DNA from: Podarcis liolepis
Taxonomy: Eukaryota
NCBI GenBank assembly: GCA_965112155.1
Contig: OZ218102.1
Strand: one strand, 5' to 3'
DNA length: 64,000 nt
The position numbers were made by a program, and so were the translations under genes. Below, piece after piece: positions 48,698 through 61,442 of the stretch. Each line of letters opens with the position of its first letter. Positions within the stretch are counted from its first letter, which is position 1. Under the pieces are notes generated by a model. It was not told the DNA's origin, made no database searches, and saw only the letters and a program-made list of their open reading frames with translations.

Positions 48698-51600
48698 TAC
48701 ATACTTACCAGGGAGTAAGGCCCATTGTTTACTTGGGATTACGGTCAAGTAAACATGCATAGGATTGCACTCTCAGAGAGTGAAGTACAGTGTACTCACC
48801 CACTAGCCTCATGGGGGAGGGAAACAAGGGACGGGACACAGCATGTCAAAGTACAGCTTCAGTTTCAAGTAAGGAAGCAGATATTTACTTGCAAGGCAGA
48901 TATACCCACTTCTAGCACCACTAAGACTGTGGCAGACATTTTGTTTACTAGATTGAAGATAATGGGAAGCCTGCAAGAAGAAAGCAAGGGAGAGCAATTC
49001 CAGAGCAGGACCAACTCTAATGAGAAAATTCTAATGAGAGAAAACAACAGCCACATGTTTTTACTTACACTTCTTTCCACAAATGAGGAAGCTCTCTCAT
49101 CCCCAAGACTCTGCTATTTTATAGATACTTTCATACACCTCTAAATCTATAAAAACAACTCTTCAACTTTATCTCATCTGTATGAGAGAAGAAACAAATA
49201 ACACTGCAAAACCAGTGTTACATTATGAGAGACCACCAAACCCCAAATCTACAACCTTCCTGTGCTGGAAAATATGACAACATTTCTAATTTTACCTCGG
49301 GCAGCAAGGTCTGTTCCTGTGTACTTTCAGCCCATAAAAACATTTACTTATGCAACTGTACAGAAGAGTGAAATGTGTCTCTATTATTAACCAACTACAA
49401 ATAAACAGAAAAGAGTCAGAAAGAGCCTGATCAACTTACTCTAAAGTATCTGAATTTCTGATGGTTTCTAATAATAAAGAGCAGATGCAGTCTTCAGCAG
49501 CGTCTGGTGCAGTACTTTCAGTCCACTTCTCTCGACTTGTTTGTTACCATCTCACACACAGTATTTTTCTAATCCACATGTCTGTCCTCATCTATATCTC
49601 TTTTTCACAATGAGCAAGTTCCTCAGAATTTGATGTAGGTATTAATAGGATTATTCCTGCATTCAGCCAATTTTGAAGAATTCTGTGCAACTCCCCAGAA
49701 GCTGATTAGTTGTCTGCTTAAGGAGGAGCAGGGACAGATTTGCTCCTACTGGCAGCAAACTCAGGAGACAGGCACTGACTGTGAAAACATGCTGTTTCCG
49801 GTCTGCGGTAGAGCTAAGAGGCACTTCCTAACTCAAGAGGGTGTATGGAAGTCTCCAGGAGTCTGAACTCCACCTCTTCACCAACTCAGTATTTAGAGAA
49901 TAGGTCTAAGGTAAGAATTATGATTATTGACAGATCTGCTGCATGCCATGCATATGCAAATGCCAAATAGCACAGGAGTACCAAGCAAACTATCCTGCCC
50001 ACTCACTCACTACATGTCTCAGTTTTTATCTGGGAACTTTCTCCTACATAATCTCCAACATCAGAGAATGTCAATGTGAAACTGATGTTGTTTTAAAATA
50101 GTTTATAATGGAGAGTAAACTGCATTCCAGACAGTATGTTTTGCTGAATTATTTTGAAGGAATCATATTTTAGAGTGATCGCCAAAAATGATTATTTCAG
50201 ATGAGGATCTGATGCTGGATTAAATGATCATCTGGTTCACCCACTATTTGTAGCAGGTGCTTAAAAATATCTTATAGCTGGAAATATATTTAGCTGCACA
50301 AAGGTCTCCTGTTCTCTTAAACAAACTCTACCCATTCCTCCATGAGGCCTCTTTTAACTAGAACTCCTTACCCAGAACACTTATGTGGTGCTACTTCTCA
50401 CTTTAAATCCCAGTTCAAGAGTCACAACTTCTGTGAAGCCTTTAACTTACATCAGTGCCAAATGAAATGAAACCTAACTACATGTTACTTCTTAAATGAA
50501 TTAAGTCCTTGTTACCTTCGCTGTCCTATTATAATAAATATCTCTCTAAAAGTCCACATAGAGGAGACAACAGATGAAGTGGAGGATAAATGGGAAGGAA
50601 GTATGTTCAATTCAATTTGACACATTTAGCCTTAGTTTTACTAGGGAATGAGGAATTGCGGATTGTGCCAAAGGTTTCAGGGGGGTAGTGGGTTCTGAGG
50701 AAAGATTTGAAGGAAAAAAGCACGGCAGCACCACACAGGTGTTCTGGGAAACAGTTTATAAGAAGGAGCAAAAGAGAAAAAGTGGAATAATTTGAGTTAA
50801 CAAGACACTTCCAGATGACTGAGGGTGGTATTATTATTATTTATTGAATTTATATACTGCCCTATACCCAGAGGTCTCAGGGTGGTTCACAGAAAAGATC
50901 AACATAAAAACCACAATATATATAATCAAAATAAAAACAACAACCCAATAACAGCCCCCCCAAAAAAGAGCCACATTTTAAAAGGGCATAGGATGTCAAG
51001 CAGACGGCCTGATTAAAAGGCCTGGTTAAAAAGGAACGCTTTTGCCTGGCACCTAAAGGTGTATAATGAAGGCACCAGAATTGGTAGAATTCTGCTCACG
51101 GGCAGGATATGACAGCAGAGTAATGCAAAGATGAAAGATCAAGAGTACTGCCAAAGGTGGAAGGGATGAAGTACATAAATCACAGAAGTGATCACCTTTC
51201 CTTTCCTTTATTGCTTCATGGGTGAAGAGGATCTTCATAAATCACATCACCTAAGTAACTTCAAAACCCCCTGCTAAAGAAATCTAAGAATGGCCTTTAT
51301 TTTAGTTATTTAAACATATTTATATGCCACCTTTCTTAGTGTAACTTTTGCGATATAATTAGGATATCAACTATACAAAGCATAAAACTGCTGCCAACAC
51401 CCCATAATCAATAAGCTAGTAGTATAACACATTTCTATCATAATAAAAAAACACAATTGCCACAGTATTAATAGTTAGAAAATATCCCAGTCAAGTGGAT
51501 TCACTAAGACAGCATTCAGCTTCCAGAATCTAGGAGGGGTGATGTTTTAACAAAGACTCCTGGCACATTGCATCTCAAGGATCCTTCATCATGAGCAACC

Positions 51601-52606
51601 CAAGCAGTCTGAGGCTGATGTTCCATGGGTGCCATCTAGGCTATAGTACAACCCCACCTGAGAATTCAATCTCTGAGCCCAAGGGACAATATCTGTTTAG
51701 CATGCCCTATGAAGCTGAAATCCAGTGTTCTAATTTATTTTGATAAGCTCACCAGTCAAGAAAAAAAGTAAACTTGGTTTACTTTCCCCTTTCTCTCCAC
51801 AAACAATTACTTCTAAGAGAGTCCCATGAACAGCAATGCAGAAGTAGCTCAATAAGAATATTCTACCAATTCCAAAATTAACACTAGAAATTACTTTTAA
51901 TATCGATGTAGAGTTCTGGAGAACCCAACATGGTGCCAACCAGTGCTCTTTTGTTGTTGTTTAGTTGTTTAGTCGTGTCCGACTCTTTGTGACCCCATGG
52001 GTCTGGATGAATAAATATGTTTTAACATGATGTGTAACAATGGCCAAAATTGAGAGCTGTTTAATTTTACTTGTGAGTTCCATGAACTTCAGTGTATTGG
52101 CCTTCACCCAGCCCATCACTACCTGCAGACATGATCCAGCACCTACACAACCTCTCCTGAATGGCATATAAAAGAGTGATAGAGGTCAGTATCATCCCCA
52201 TATTGGCAACACAGCAGTCTAAATATTTTTATAAACAAATAATAAATAAATCTGAAATGGTAGAAGCTTTTTACAACACGGGTGAACAATATGATGAGAA
52301 ATATGAAGAAGCAGGAAGTGATAGTGATAACTTAGAAAAAGAATTTGTAAATATTGTCTGAATAAAATGAACATTTAATATATGAGAGATAATTCCATGC
52401 TAAACTAATGCATTTTATGTTCCTAAAGTAACAAAGTGACTTTCCGTATGTAAAGAGTACAGTATTGCATTTTTTTATTCTCCCCCCCCCCCCCATAAAA
52501 GCTCCATTTTGGGGGGAAATTTTATATTGCTAAGCTGGCCCTAAAAGGAATGTTATCAACTAGCAGTAGTTATCCAACTAGTCTTGCATGCTTCCCTCAA
52601 ATAGGA

Positions 52607-52858
52607 AAGAAGAGGAGGAAGAGGAGGAGGAGGAGTTTGGACCTTTCACTCCCCTTAAGGAATCTCAAAGCGGCTAACAATCTCCTTTCCCTTCCTCCCC
52701 CACAACAAACACTCTGTAAGGTGAGTGAGACTGAGAGACTTCAAAGAAGTGTGACTAGCCCAAGGTCACCCAGCAGCTGCATGTGGAGGAGCGGAGATGC
52801 AAACCAGGTTCACCAGATTATGAGTCCACCGCTCTTAACCACTACACCATGCTGGCTC
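52607..52858 (-). mobile_element. tRNA/CORE-type SINE (Squam3-like) with (CCT)n tail
   Basis: GAGCCAGC.TGGTGTAGTGGTTAAGAGC head on the minus strand; second copy at 59719-59986. Confidence 0.82.
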
Positions 52859-54418
52859 ACGCTCTCCCTCCATGAGGTTATTCCCCATCCCCTGGAGCCA
52901 CCCTGTAATCAACTGCTCTATGCTAGATTTCAAAAGCCAAAATGGCCACCCTGTTCATATAATCAGGCTACAGCAACTGCAATTGGTTCTATAGACTTGA
53001 ACCAGATGTGCTCTGGACATGTCTTCCAGGTGTGCATCAGCTTTGGTGTCACAGTTAACCAACAAAATATACTAACAATACAAATGCACAATGCCATGGT
53101 CTACCACAGGATTATAGAAAAATAGGCCTTTAACTTGAATAAACTATCCCTTAAGTATTCTTACATTATACTTTGGTCTGTGAACCTCCAAAATTCTACA
53201 TACCATAAAAATAGTTCCATCCATCATCCTTTAAAATACATATATACTGCACAGATCCCAAAGGCATGCAGAACATTCAAATGCGGCAGAGATAAAAGCA
53301 GAATAAACTAAACCAATTTCCTGCCAGCATAAATGGAAACTAACAATATGACCATATTGAACTGGCTGGAAAAATTCAAGTACCTTCTCTTTTTCTAGCT
53401 TTTGCTGCTTACATTTGTCTATCTGTGGACACCAACAAACTCCCAGAGGTTATGGCCAAATAGGATTGCTATGTCAATTTATTTCTGTCTCTTGCACAAC
53501 CCAAGAAGATCCATCCAATTTTTGCTGCAACAGGAAATGATGCTGTCCTCTTACAGAAGTGAATATCGGTACATTTTGGCCAAGCTTTTAACTCTTTTCA
53601 TCTCACATAAAATCATCTGATATGTCACAATCAACATGCAAAAAGTATTATGTAAAATTCTTTGGAATTCATGTCTGTCTATATGGAATTCATGACTAGC
53701 ACTAAAGCATGGTTTATTATCGTGAAAATGAGCTTAGCCCTCCTCACTCCTCTGACATGGCCACAAGGCAGTTGAAAGCTTTCACTTTTGACTTTCCAGT
53801 TATAGTGTGTCCAAATCCTAAACGATAGTAATTGTTAGGTAAAATAAGCCATTTTCATAAATGATAGTTTGAGGTTAAGCTTGCTTTCACTAACCATTGA
53901 CCTGAACTCATTTTTGCAATGCTAAAATGTGGTTTAACGTTGCACCTGAACCTGAACATTCAGTGGCACACACAGAATTCCAGCTCCCATGTACAAAGTG
54001 GGGGCCCCAAGTAATTTCCAGGGGAGAAACAGCAGGTGTGTACTTGACCCTGGCTCATCTACTATTTTTTTCTTTACAACTCTCTGCCCTAACCACTTTC
54101 CCTACCATCAAGTCTAAGTGTTTATTGATTAAAATTGGGGAAATTAGCTGGGAAAAGATGTTGCACAGGGAACATCTTCCCGTTTTTCCTGAAATGCTAC
54201 CCCGTGCTCCCATTCTGCACATAGGAAGCAAACATCAATATCAATGCCACTTGCTCCCACTATCTCCTATTCACTCCAATAACATTTGCCCATAACAGAT
54301 TCGTATATTATTTGAATAGTGCCTAAAATTCACTTTTACTTTATCAACAATGGAATTATTGTGAATAGAACTGAGATACTTTTATAATTTCATTCCACAA
54401 AGTGATGAGTAATCCTAC

Positions 54419-54499
54419 CGTGAAGCTGTTGTTGACATTTTTAGTGCTGGATTCTGCCACGCTGGCATCTGTCAGATCCACCTCATCAAAAATGATTGA
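54419..54499 (-). CDS. DGKD: DGKD exon 3 (PH)
   Basis: 81 nt, [27 protein letters not shown]. Confidence 0.96.
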
Positions 54500-55038
54500 C
54501 TGGGAAAAGGAAAAATAAATGTAAAACTTCAATTAGGTTGTTTGTTTATTTCATAACTGCTGCAAATCAAATATATATAATGAAGGGTTAAAAGAACTGC
54601 CTCTGGTGGTTAGTGCTGGCAAAGAATAAGATGGATTCTGCAAGACAAACAATCGGAGCTTCCTCAAAATCCTGCATGCTGTGTGTGGATGAGGGCAAGG
54701 CGAAGAATTTGCACAGCATCTCCCATAGAGGCAACCCATAACACTCCATTTCCCTGTCAAGCCACTGCCATATGGGGAATTCCTGACATGACTAGCCATC
54801 CCTCTAAACTGGAGGGCCTCTTGCACTTCCCAAATTGCACAGTGAAGGTGCACCTTTTTACCCTGACCTCTGACCTCATTATATATATAGTTTTAAACTG
54901 ATTTTAATATTGCATTTTTAAGTAGCCGTAACCCGCCCTGGGACCCTGTGGTGCATGGTGGGCAAGAGATTGAAGAAATAACTATTCATTATTCCACAGG
55001 AACTCCAGAAATAAGCATCTGCCAGATGCTTTTAAGTA

Positions 55039-55280
55039 CAGTGGTACCTCGGGTTACATACACTTCAGGTTACATACGCTTCAGGTTACAGACTCCACTA
55101 ACCCAGAAATAGTACCTCGGGTTAAGAACTTCACTTCAGGATGAGAACAGAAACCGTGCTCCGGCGGCGCGGCAGCAGCAGGAGGCCCCATTAGCTAAAG
55201 TGGTGCTTCAGGTTAAGAACAGTTTCAGGTTAAGAACAGACCCCCGGAACGAATTAAGTACTTAACCCGAGGTACCACTG
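55039..55280. mobile_element. 242-bp Tigger-like MITE
   Basis: CAGTGGTACCTCGGGTTA TIRs, TA TSD. Confidence 0.9.
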
Positions 55281-56800
55281 TACAAAGAAGCCCGTTGATT
55301 AAAATTAAATTAAATTGGCTATGTAATTTTTGATCTGGGGGCATTTTAGGAGATGTCTATTTCAAGCATGGGGAGCCTCCACCCCATGGGTCAAATTAGG
55401 CCTGGGCAAGCATCCTGATTAGGCCTGTGAGGCCATATTCTCAAAGGCACAATCACCTGTTCCCCATTAGACATATATGATGTTAGGTGTGAGACAGGTA
55501 AAGACACAGCTGAAGTAGACCAATGGCGAGCCTTCAAATGTGCTCCTGACAGTTTGTTGGCAAGCAGAGTTTGCATTCAACACCTTTTAAATTTGGTGCC
55601 AAACACAAGCAGCCCTTGGTGCCAAACATGCAGGCAACCCCTACTTGCAAGAAGGGCTTCTTTGTAAACATGTCTTAAACCCAACCTGCATGTGCAAATG
55701 AACCTTTTTCCTTGCATCCTGGCTTGAACTCAAGTCACACTGCAAAGGAGAAGCAGGTGACCTGACATAACAGTAACATCAGGTGCTTGACAGGTGAGTC
55801 AATATGACCTACCAAGGGAGGGAGCAGGGAAAATCTCCTTCTGGCTGAATCCTAATCCTCACCCTAATCCTCTGCTATTGAGGATCTCTGCTGAGAAGAT
55901 AAAAGCAAGGGGCAGAAAATAAAACAAGAGAGAAAGCAGCAAAATGATCCTTGGGCTTGGTAATGGACACACTTGGTATACATAGTTTTGGCTGAGGCTC
56001 TTTTGAGTACTAACTTTCTCAGTGAAATCCATGTACAGTATATCAAGTGCTTTCACTATCCAGTCACAAGAGACACCTATCCTTTCTGATCCTATGGGTG
56101 TTAGGATCAGTGTCAACCAATGTTATGTAGAAAAAAACTTTGGGGAGATCCAGCCTCCTTTCGCTCTTAGCAATATAGGCCCCCTTTAATATATGTAGAA
56201 CTTCTACTACATATAGAAATATGATGCCAGTTTTTATTATTTAATCATATCTTTGTAATAATTTTGGCATCAATGTTCTGCTCAGTGGTAAAGCATCTGC
56301 TTTGCATTCAGAAGGACCCAGGCTCAATCCCCAACATCTCCAAGTAGGTCTGAGAGAGACTTCATCTGCTGCCTGTCAGTGTAGACAACACAAAGCTAGA
56401 TAGTCCAATGACTTGACTCTGTATAAGGCAGCTTCCTGTGTTTCTAGCCCTCATGGAAACAAAGAAAAACAATCTATCAGTACTTAAGTAAGGAATAACC
56501 AGTTCCTATTTTAGAATAGTTAATAGTTTTACCAAAGTAAAGCAACAATTATGAACTCCTAATAAATAATAATAATAATAATTTATTATTTGTACCCCGC
56601 CCATCTGGCTGGGTTTCCCCAGCCACTCTGGGCGGCTTCCACAAATACCAAAAATCATTAAAAACTTCCCTGAACTCCTAAGTAGCAGGTTTGTGAGAGT
56701 AAGCACTCTTAGTAGCTAGTAACCCTTGTGCTGTAGTCATACAAACTGGATGAGTCCTATTCCTTACTACCCTCCCATAATTTCATGGACAGCCACATAC

Positions 56801-56911
56801 CTTTGCTGTTTTGGCATAGTATAGAGTTCGTCCTCGCAATTTGAAGTAACGTCTCTTCCAGCGCTGAAATGAGCTGGTCTGTTTCATCAGCATGCCCTCT
56901 TTTATAATAGT
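56801..56911 (-). CDS. DGKD: DGKD exon 2 (PH domain start)
   Basis: 111 nt, [37 protein letters not shown]; AG/GT flanks. Confidence 0.96.
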
Positions 56912-56934
56912 CTAGAAGTCAAGAAAATATCAAG

Positions 56935-57380
56935 TCATAGAATCAAAGAATTGTAGAGTTAGAAGGGACCCCAGGGGTCATCATCTTGTCCAACACCCTG
57001 AAAAGTAGGGATCTCAAGCAAAGCATCCAGGACATAGGGCCAGCCAACCTCTGCCTAAAAACCTCTAATGAAAGAGTCTACCATCTTACATGGGAGTCCA
57101 TTCCACTGCTGAACAGCTCTTACCGTCAGAAGGTTCTTCCTGATGTTTAGTTGGAACCCTCTTTCTTGTAACTTGAATCCACTGGTTTGGGTCCTAGCCT
57201 CTGGAGCAGGAGAAAACAAGCTTGCTCCATCTTCCATGTGAGAGCCCTTTAGATATGTGAAGATGGATATCTATCTCCTATCAGTCTCCTCTTTTCCAGG
57301 CTACCCAGTCTCCTCAACTGTTCCTCATAGGGCTTAGTTTCCAGACCTTTGATCACCTTGGTCACCCTCCTCTGCACTCA
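56935..57380 (-). mobile_element. CR1 LINE 3' fragment
   Basis: ORF2 C-terminal remnant GFKLQERGFQLNIRKNLLTVRAVQQWNGLP and ATTCTATGA tail. Confidence 0.88.
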
Positions 57381-59718
57381 TGAAGCATTTCTTTATGAAC
57401 AGCCCATTTTTCTGATTTTACCCCTCCCCAACCACAAAAAGAAGGAAAGTACTGGCTTTGATATCAATATTCTTTATTGTTTGACTGCCCTCTGCTGGAA
57501 ATATCCAACACATTCATAAAACTGAGCTGCTGATCTTATCTATACCCAAGTGCAATAAACAACAGTCAAACACACAGTGCAGAGATTCCTTTCCTGTGTG
57601 AGAGAGATATTATCTTGGTGTGAGAAGGATACAATTCTTCAAACTAGTCAAGGTGATCTTATCAAGCTTTGATGAAGATACAGCAAACATTTTAAGAAAA
57701 ACCTCAGTGTCTGAAGTCAGAGCTCTGTCCTGTCCAATTACGGCTCTGATCTCACCTGTTTGACTAAAGTGAGCACACAGGAGCCTGTCTCCTGTAAAGC
57801 TATCAGCATCTGACTACCACAGGAAACAGTCTGCATATTTAAGGGTGTGTGGAGGGCAGTAATAAAAAGACAGGAATAATCCTTCCAGCTTTTATATTTG
57901 GTATTTTTTTTCAGATACTCTTGGCTCTGACTCACTGCTTACTGGCTGGCTGGCTGCCATTTCCCAAGGCTAAAGTGCCAAGTCTGTCTACACACAGTTC
58001 TGGACATTTTCTCACTGCTCCACATCTAGCCCCACACACTATCATTCACATAATATGCATATCCAGGCTACAAGGCTATGTTTAGCTGACATTCATTTAG
58101 TTGCTCTTTATGATACACATTTGTTAACCCAGCTGAAGAATGTAATAAATACCAAAAGATACATTAAAATGCTACCAACACAGAATCTTAACAATAACTG
58201 AAGGACTACAAAACGAAAGCAAAGGTTGGAGCTTTAATTCACTACAAATACATAGCTCCTGCCAGTAGCAAGTGTCATAATATGGGGTTTTAATGCTCCA
58301 TTTAATACGCCCCTTTTCCAAGGAAAGCACCATCTACAAGTACTTCAAGTAGTTCAATGTAGGAAAACATCATTAGGAGAAACTGCTGCAGGGATATCAT
58401 AAAGCTGTCCGTTAGGTCGTTCTGTAACCAAAGGCTACAAAAGCAACATACTGTATATAGAGCACAGCAGTGTTCTTAAATGTATTCACTGGAAGCCAGT
58501 ATGACAATCAAGATACAATAATGACCTTGTTATACAGTCCCTACTAACTTAACATCCCACTTGAGTGATTTGAAAATTCTTCAAGAGATATTAAAAGCTG
58601 AAGTAGCTAAGTCTGCTGAAAAGTCAGATTGCCCCCCAAAACCTTTGTTAGTTACTTGTTAGAAATCAAAAGTCAAGTTTTTTCCAACTTGCAAAAGCTT
58701 TCCTTCCTAGCTGGTCAGAGGCAATTCCTGTTCACCACAGATTATTAGGCAAGTGTCTATTTGCAATCATAGGATGTCTTAACTTAAAGTGCCTGCCCCC
58801 TCCCTAACACTTGCATTTATTTATGCTTTTTCATATTTTCCTTTGCCAAACTGCTGTTCATCAGCAAAATGCTATATGCCAAAAAATGTCATCTTGGCCT
58901 AGCATGGAACTTCTCTCTTCAAAATCAGAATGACCTGAACTATAAAGTGAAATTGCGAGAGAAATTTTTACTGTTTTCCTATGACTTTCAGTGAGATTCA
59001 ACAGATATACAGTGAGGAAATAGGAAAGGTTTGGTACAACACACTTACCACACACTTTACAGAGAAAAATACAAAACAATTTGCAGACAAGTAAATTCTA
59101 AAATAATATAGGAAGATAGAACCAATAATCTCTGGAGGATGGAATCACTCAATATTGGCACCTTAACTGTGGAATGCTCTCCTCTCACATATTTGACTAA
59201 GGTAAAGGTAAAGGTACCACACCAACCCAAATAGGTTTTCAGTGTCAGTTAACAACTCATTTATCCATCCAGCCTGTAGCTAAACTGGATTTGGAGCTGG
59301 GCAGCTTGCCCTCCTTGATTTACTGAACTACTGTATTTCATTATAATGCTATACTTTTATAAAGCAATATCCAACTAAGTCATACTCAGAGCAGTTCTGC
59401 TGAAATCAATGGATTTAAGTTCACTGATTTCAGTGACTCTACTTTGAATGTAACTAATGTTAGATATCAATCCTTGTGTATTATGTATTTACTTTTATAT
59501 TATAACCTGCTCTGGGATTGTTTTAACAAAGAGTGGACAATATATTTTGTATAAATAAATAAAATCACTGGAGTCCTCAAAACGTTTTAGCATAATAATT
59601 GGGGTAAATAAATAAAGTGTATCAAAGCATGGTTTCCATACAGAAAGGTTCTGCCTCCATCCCCCACAGCCTCAGGAATTGATACTTCAGCACCTCGCAA
59701 AGCAGAAATCCGAAAATT

Positions 59719-59986
59719 GAAGAAGAAGAGGAGGAGGAGGAGGAGGAGGAGTTTGGATTTGATATCCCACTTTATCACTATCCTAAGGAGTCTCAAAGCG
59801 ACTAACAATCTCCTTTCCCTTCCTCCACCACAACAAACACTCTGTGAAGTGAGTGAGGCTGAGAGACTTCAAAGACGTGTGACTAGCCCAAGGTCACCCA
59901 GCAGCTGCATGTGGAGGAGCAGGGAATCGAACACAGTTCACCAGATTACGAGTCCACTGCTCTTAATCACTACACCACACTGGCTC
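59719..59986 (-). mobile_element. tRNA/CORE-type SINE (Squam3-like)
   Basis: Highly similar to 52607-52858. Confidence 0.82.
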
Positions 59987-61133
59987 AGCAAGCCCATCTT
60001 CCTACCTCCAGTAAAAACTGAAAGGGATCAAAAAGGATCATAAGTACCTCCCACAAGTCAGTCCACATAATGGCATGCCACAATCAAAGCTCAGGTGCTC
60101 TACAAAAAAACCCAGCTCATATGACTCAAGCAAGGGAGCCAATTGATGCACTACAGGGAAGAAGCAGAAGAACAGCTAAGCTTAACCATACCTAATTTTC
60201 CTATACCTGTCTCAAATCAGTCACAGCATGGCAGAGGAGTTTCACAAGAGCTCTACAATATCAAAGACGATAAATAAAATTAGGGAGAGTCCTAAGTGAT
60301 CAGGAGAGTTTGTGCCTTCAAACTGCTACTCCTAGAAAGATAATGAGCTGAAAGTAAATGAAAGAACTGAAAAAGTGGCAGTGATGGACTCTACATCAAA
60401 GAATGAAAGTGATAGGCTACTGGAGGTGGAACTGCCATTTTGTGAGTTCCATGAGGTATCAGGTGAGTTACAGAGATGCTACTATGGCAAGTTTGAACAC
60501 ATCTCCTAGTTCATACCCTACACTCATGAAAAAAATGGATATCTTCCAGAAAAGAAAAGAAAAAGTATTGGGCAGAAATCTTGATAATTTTTATTGGTGA
60601 GATCCTGTGAATATGTGGCTTCAGGAAATTATGCAGAGTCCCAAACTTGGTCTGCAGAATAAGAAGATAAATGCCACTGAGGCTCTTAAAGAAACAACTG
60701 AAATTTATTATTCAATAGTCCAAAGAATTAAAAACAGGCTAAATATAGGCAAGGTTTGTGTGGTAAACATGAATAATAGTTTGAAGAACTACTGGGAGTA
60801 CAACTGAATGGTTCATGATTTGATGAACTAAAATAGAAACAAATATCAGCCTCCCAAAGGGTAACAACAGATCCTAAATTATACAGTTTAGCTTGTTTTC
60901 TGGAACTTTCCTACCAACGCATCCTGACCAAAGAAATATTTCAGGTTCAACCAGCAGACTGCTGGTTTGATTTTGTATTTAATCAACCTGCAGTTTAAGC
61001 ACAAGTTTGTAAGACTGATGCTCTGTACTCAATTCCCATTCTATTCTTTTTATTCATATATTTGTGAACTGATACCCCAACCCTGTTTCCAGTCTATTCA
61101 GGGACTGAATTCATACCTACAGAACAAACTCAC

Positions 61134-61298
61134 CTGTGCAAATGATGAGCACTCCTCCATCTCTTTTAAAGAATGCTCTTTCAAAGAAAACAACACCACC
61201 CAAAAAGGTTGCCAACATTCTTGTCCCCCAAAGTAAACCAATGCATTTTCCTGCATTAGACTATCTACAGGAACCTCATAGGTACACGACTTAAACAT
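61134..61298 (-). CDS. Candidate alternative first coding exon of DGKD
   Basis: 55-codon ATG-initiated frame ending at a perfect CAG|GTGAGT donor in phase 0, compatible with exon 2; TATA/MEF2 motif upstream. Confidence 0.5.
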
Positions 61299-61432
61299 GA
61301 AAGGCTAGCAAAAAAAACAACCCAAAAACCTGACATAGTTGTTGGGCTGCCTCTCACACAACACAGATGCTGCTGGGGGAGAGAAAAAGCCTGTAGTTTA
61401 CAGCTGCCCATCTCTGCAAGAGAGCTGCTGTT

Positions 61433-61442
61433 CTATTTATAG
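61433..61442 (-). promoter_or_regulatory. MEF2 site / TATA-like box CTATAAATAG
   Basis: Exact CTA(A/T)4TAG match; CAGCTG E-box at 61401-61406. Confidence 0.45.

Larger units (their letters stand above)
1513..56911 (-). other. DGKD: DGKD gene body (coding exons 2-29; exon 1 and final exon outside window)
   Basis: 28 exons splice in frame with GT-AG boundaries (1137 codons). [21 protein letters not shown] and [25 protein letters not shown] match DGK-delta rather than the paralog DGK-eta. Confidence 0.97.

Noticed and set aside
52550-53125. 191-aa ORF
   Set aside because: Reads through an antisense SINE and its (GAG)n tail; the same peptide recurs at 59717-60043.
1513-56911. Identity as DGKH or DGKK
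   Set aside because: Exon peptides across the PH, linker and SAM regions match DGK-delta; only FQRWK in exon 2 is eta-like and is probably ancestral.
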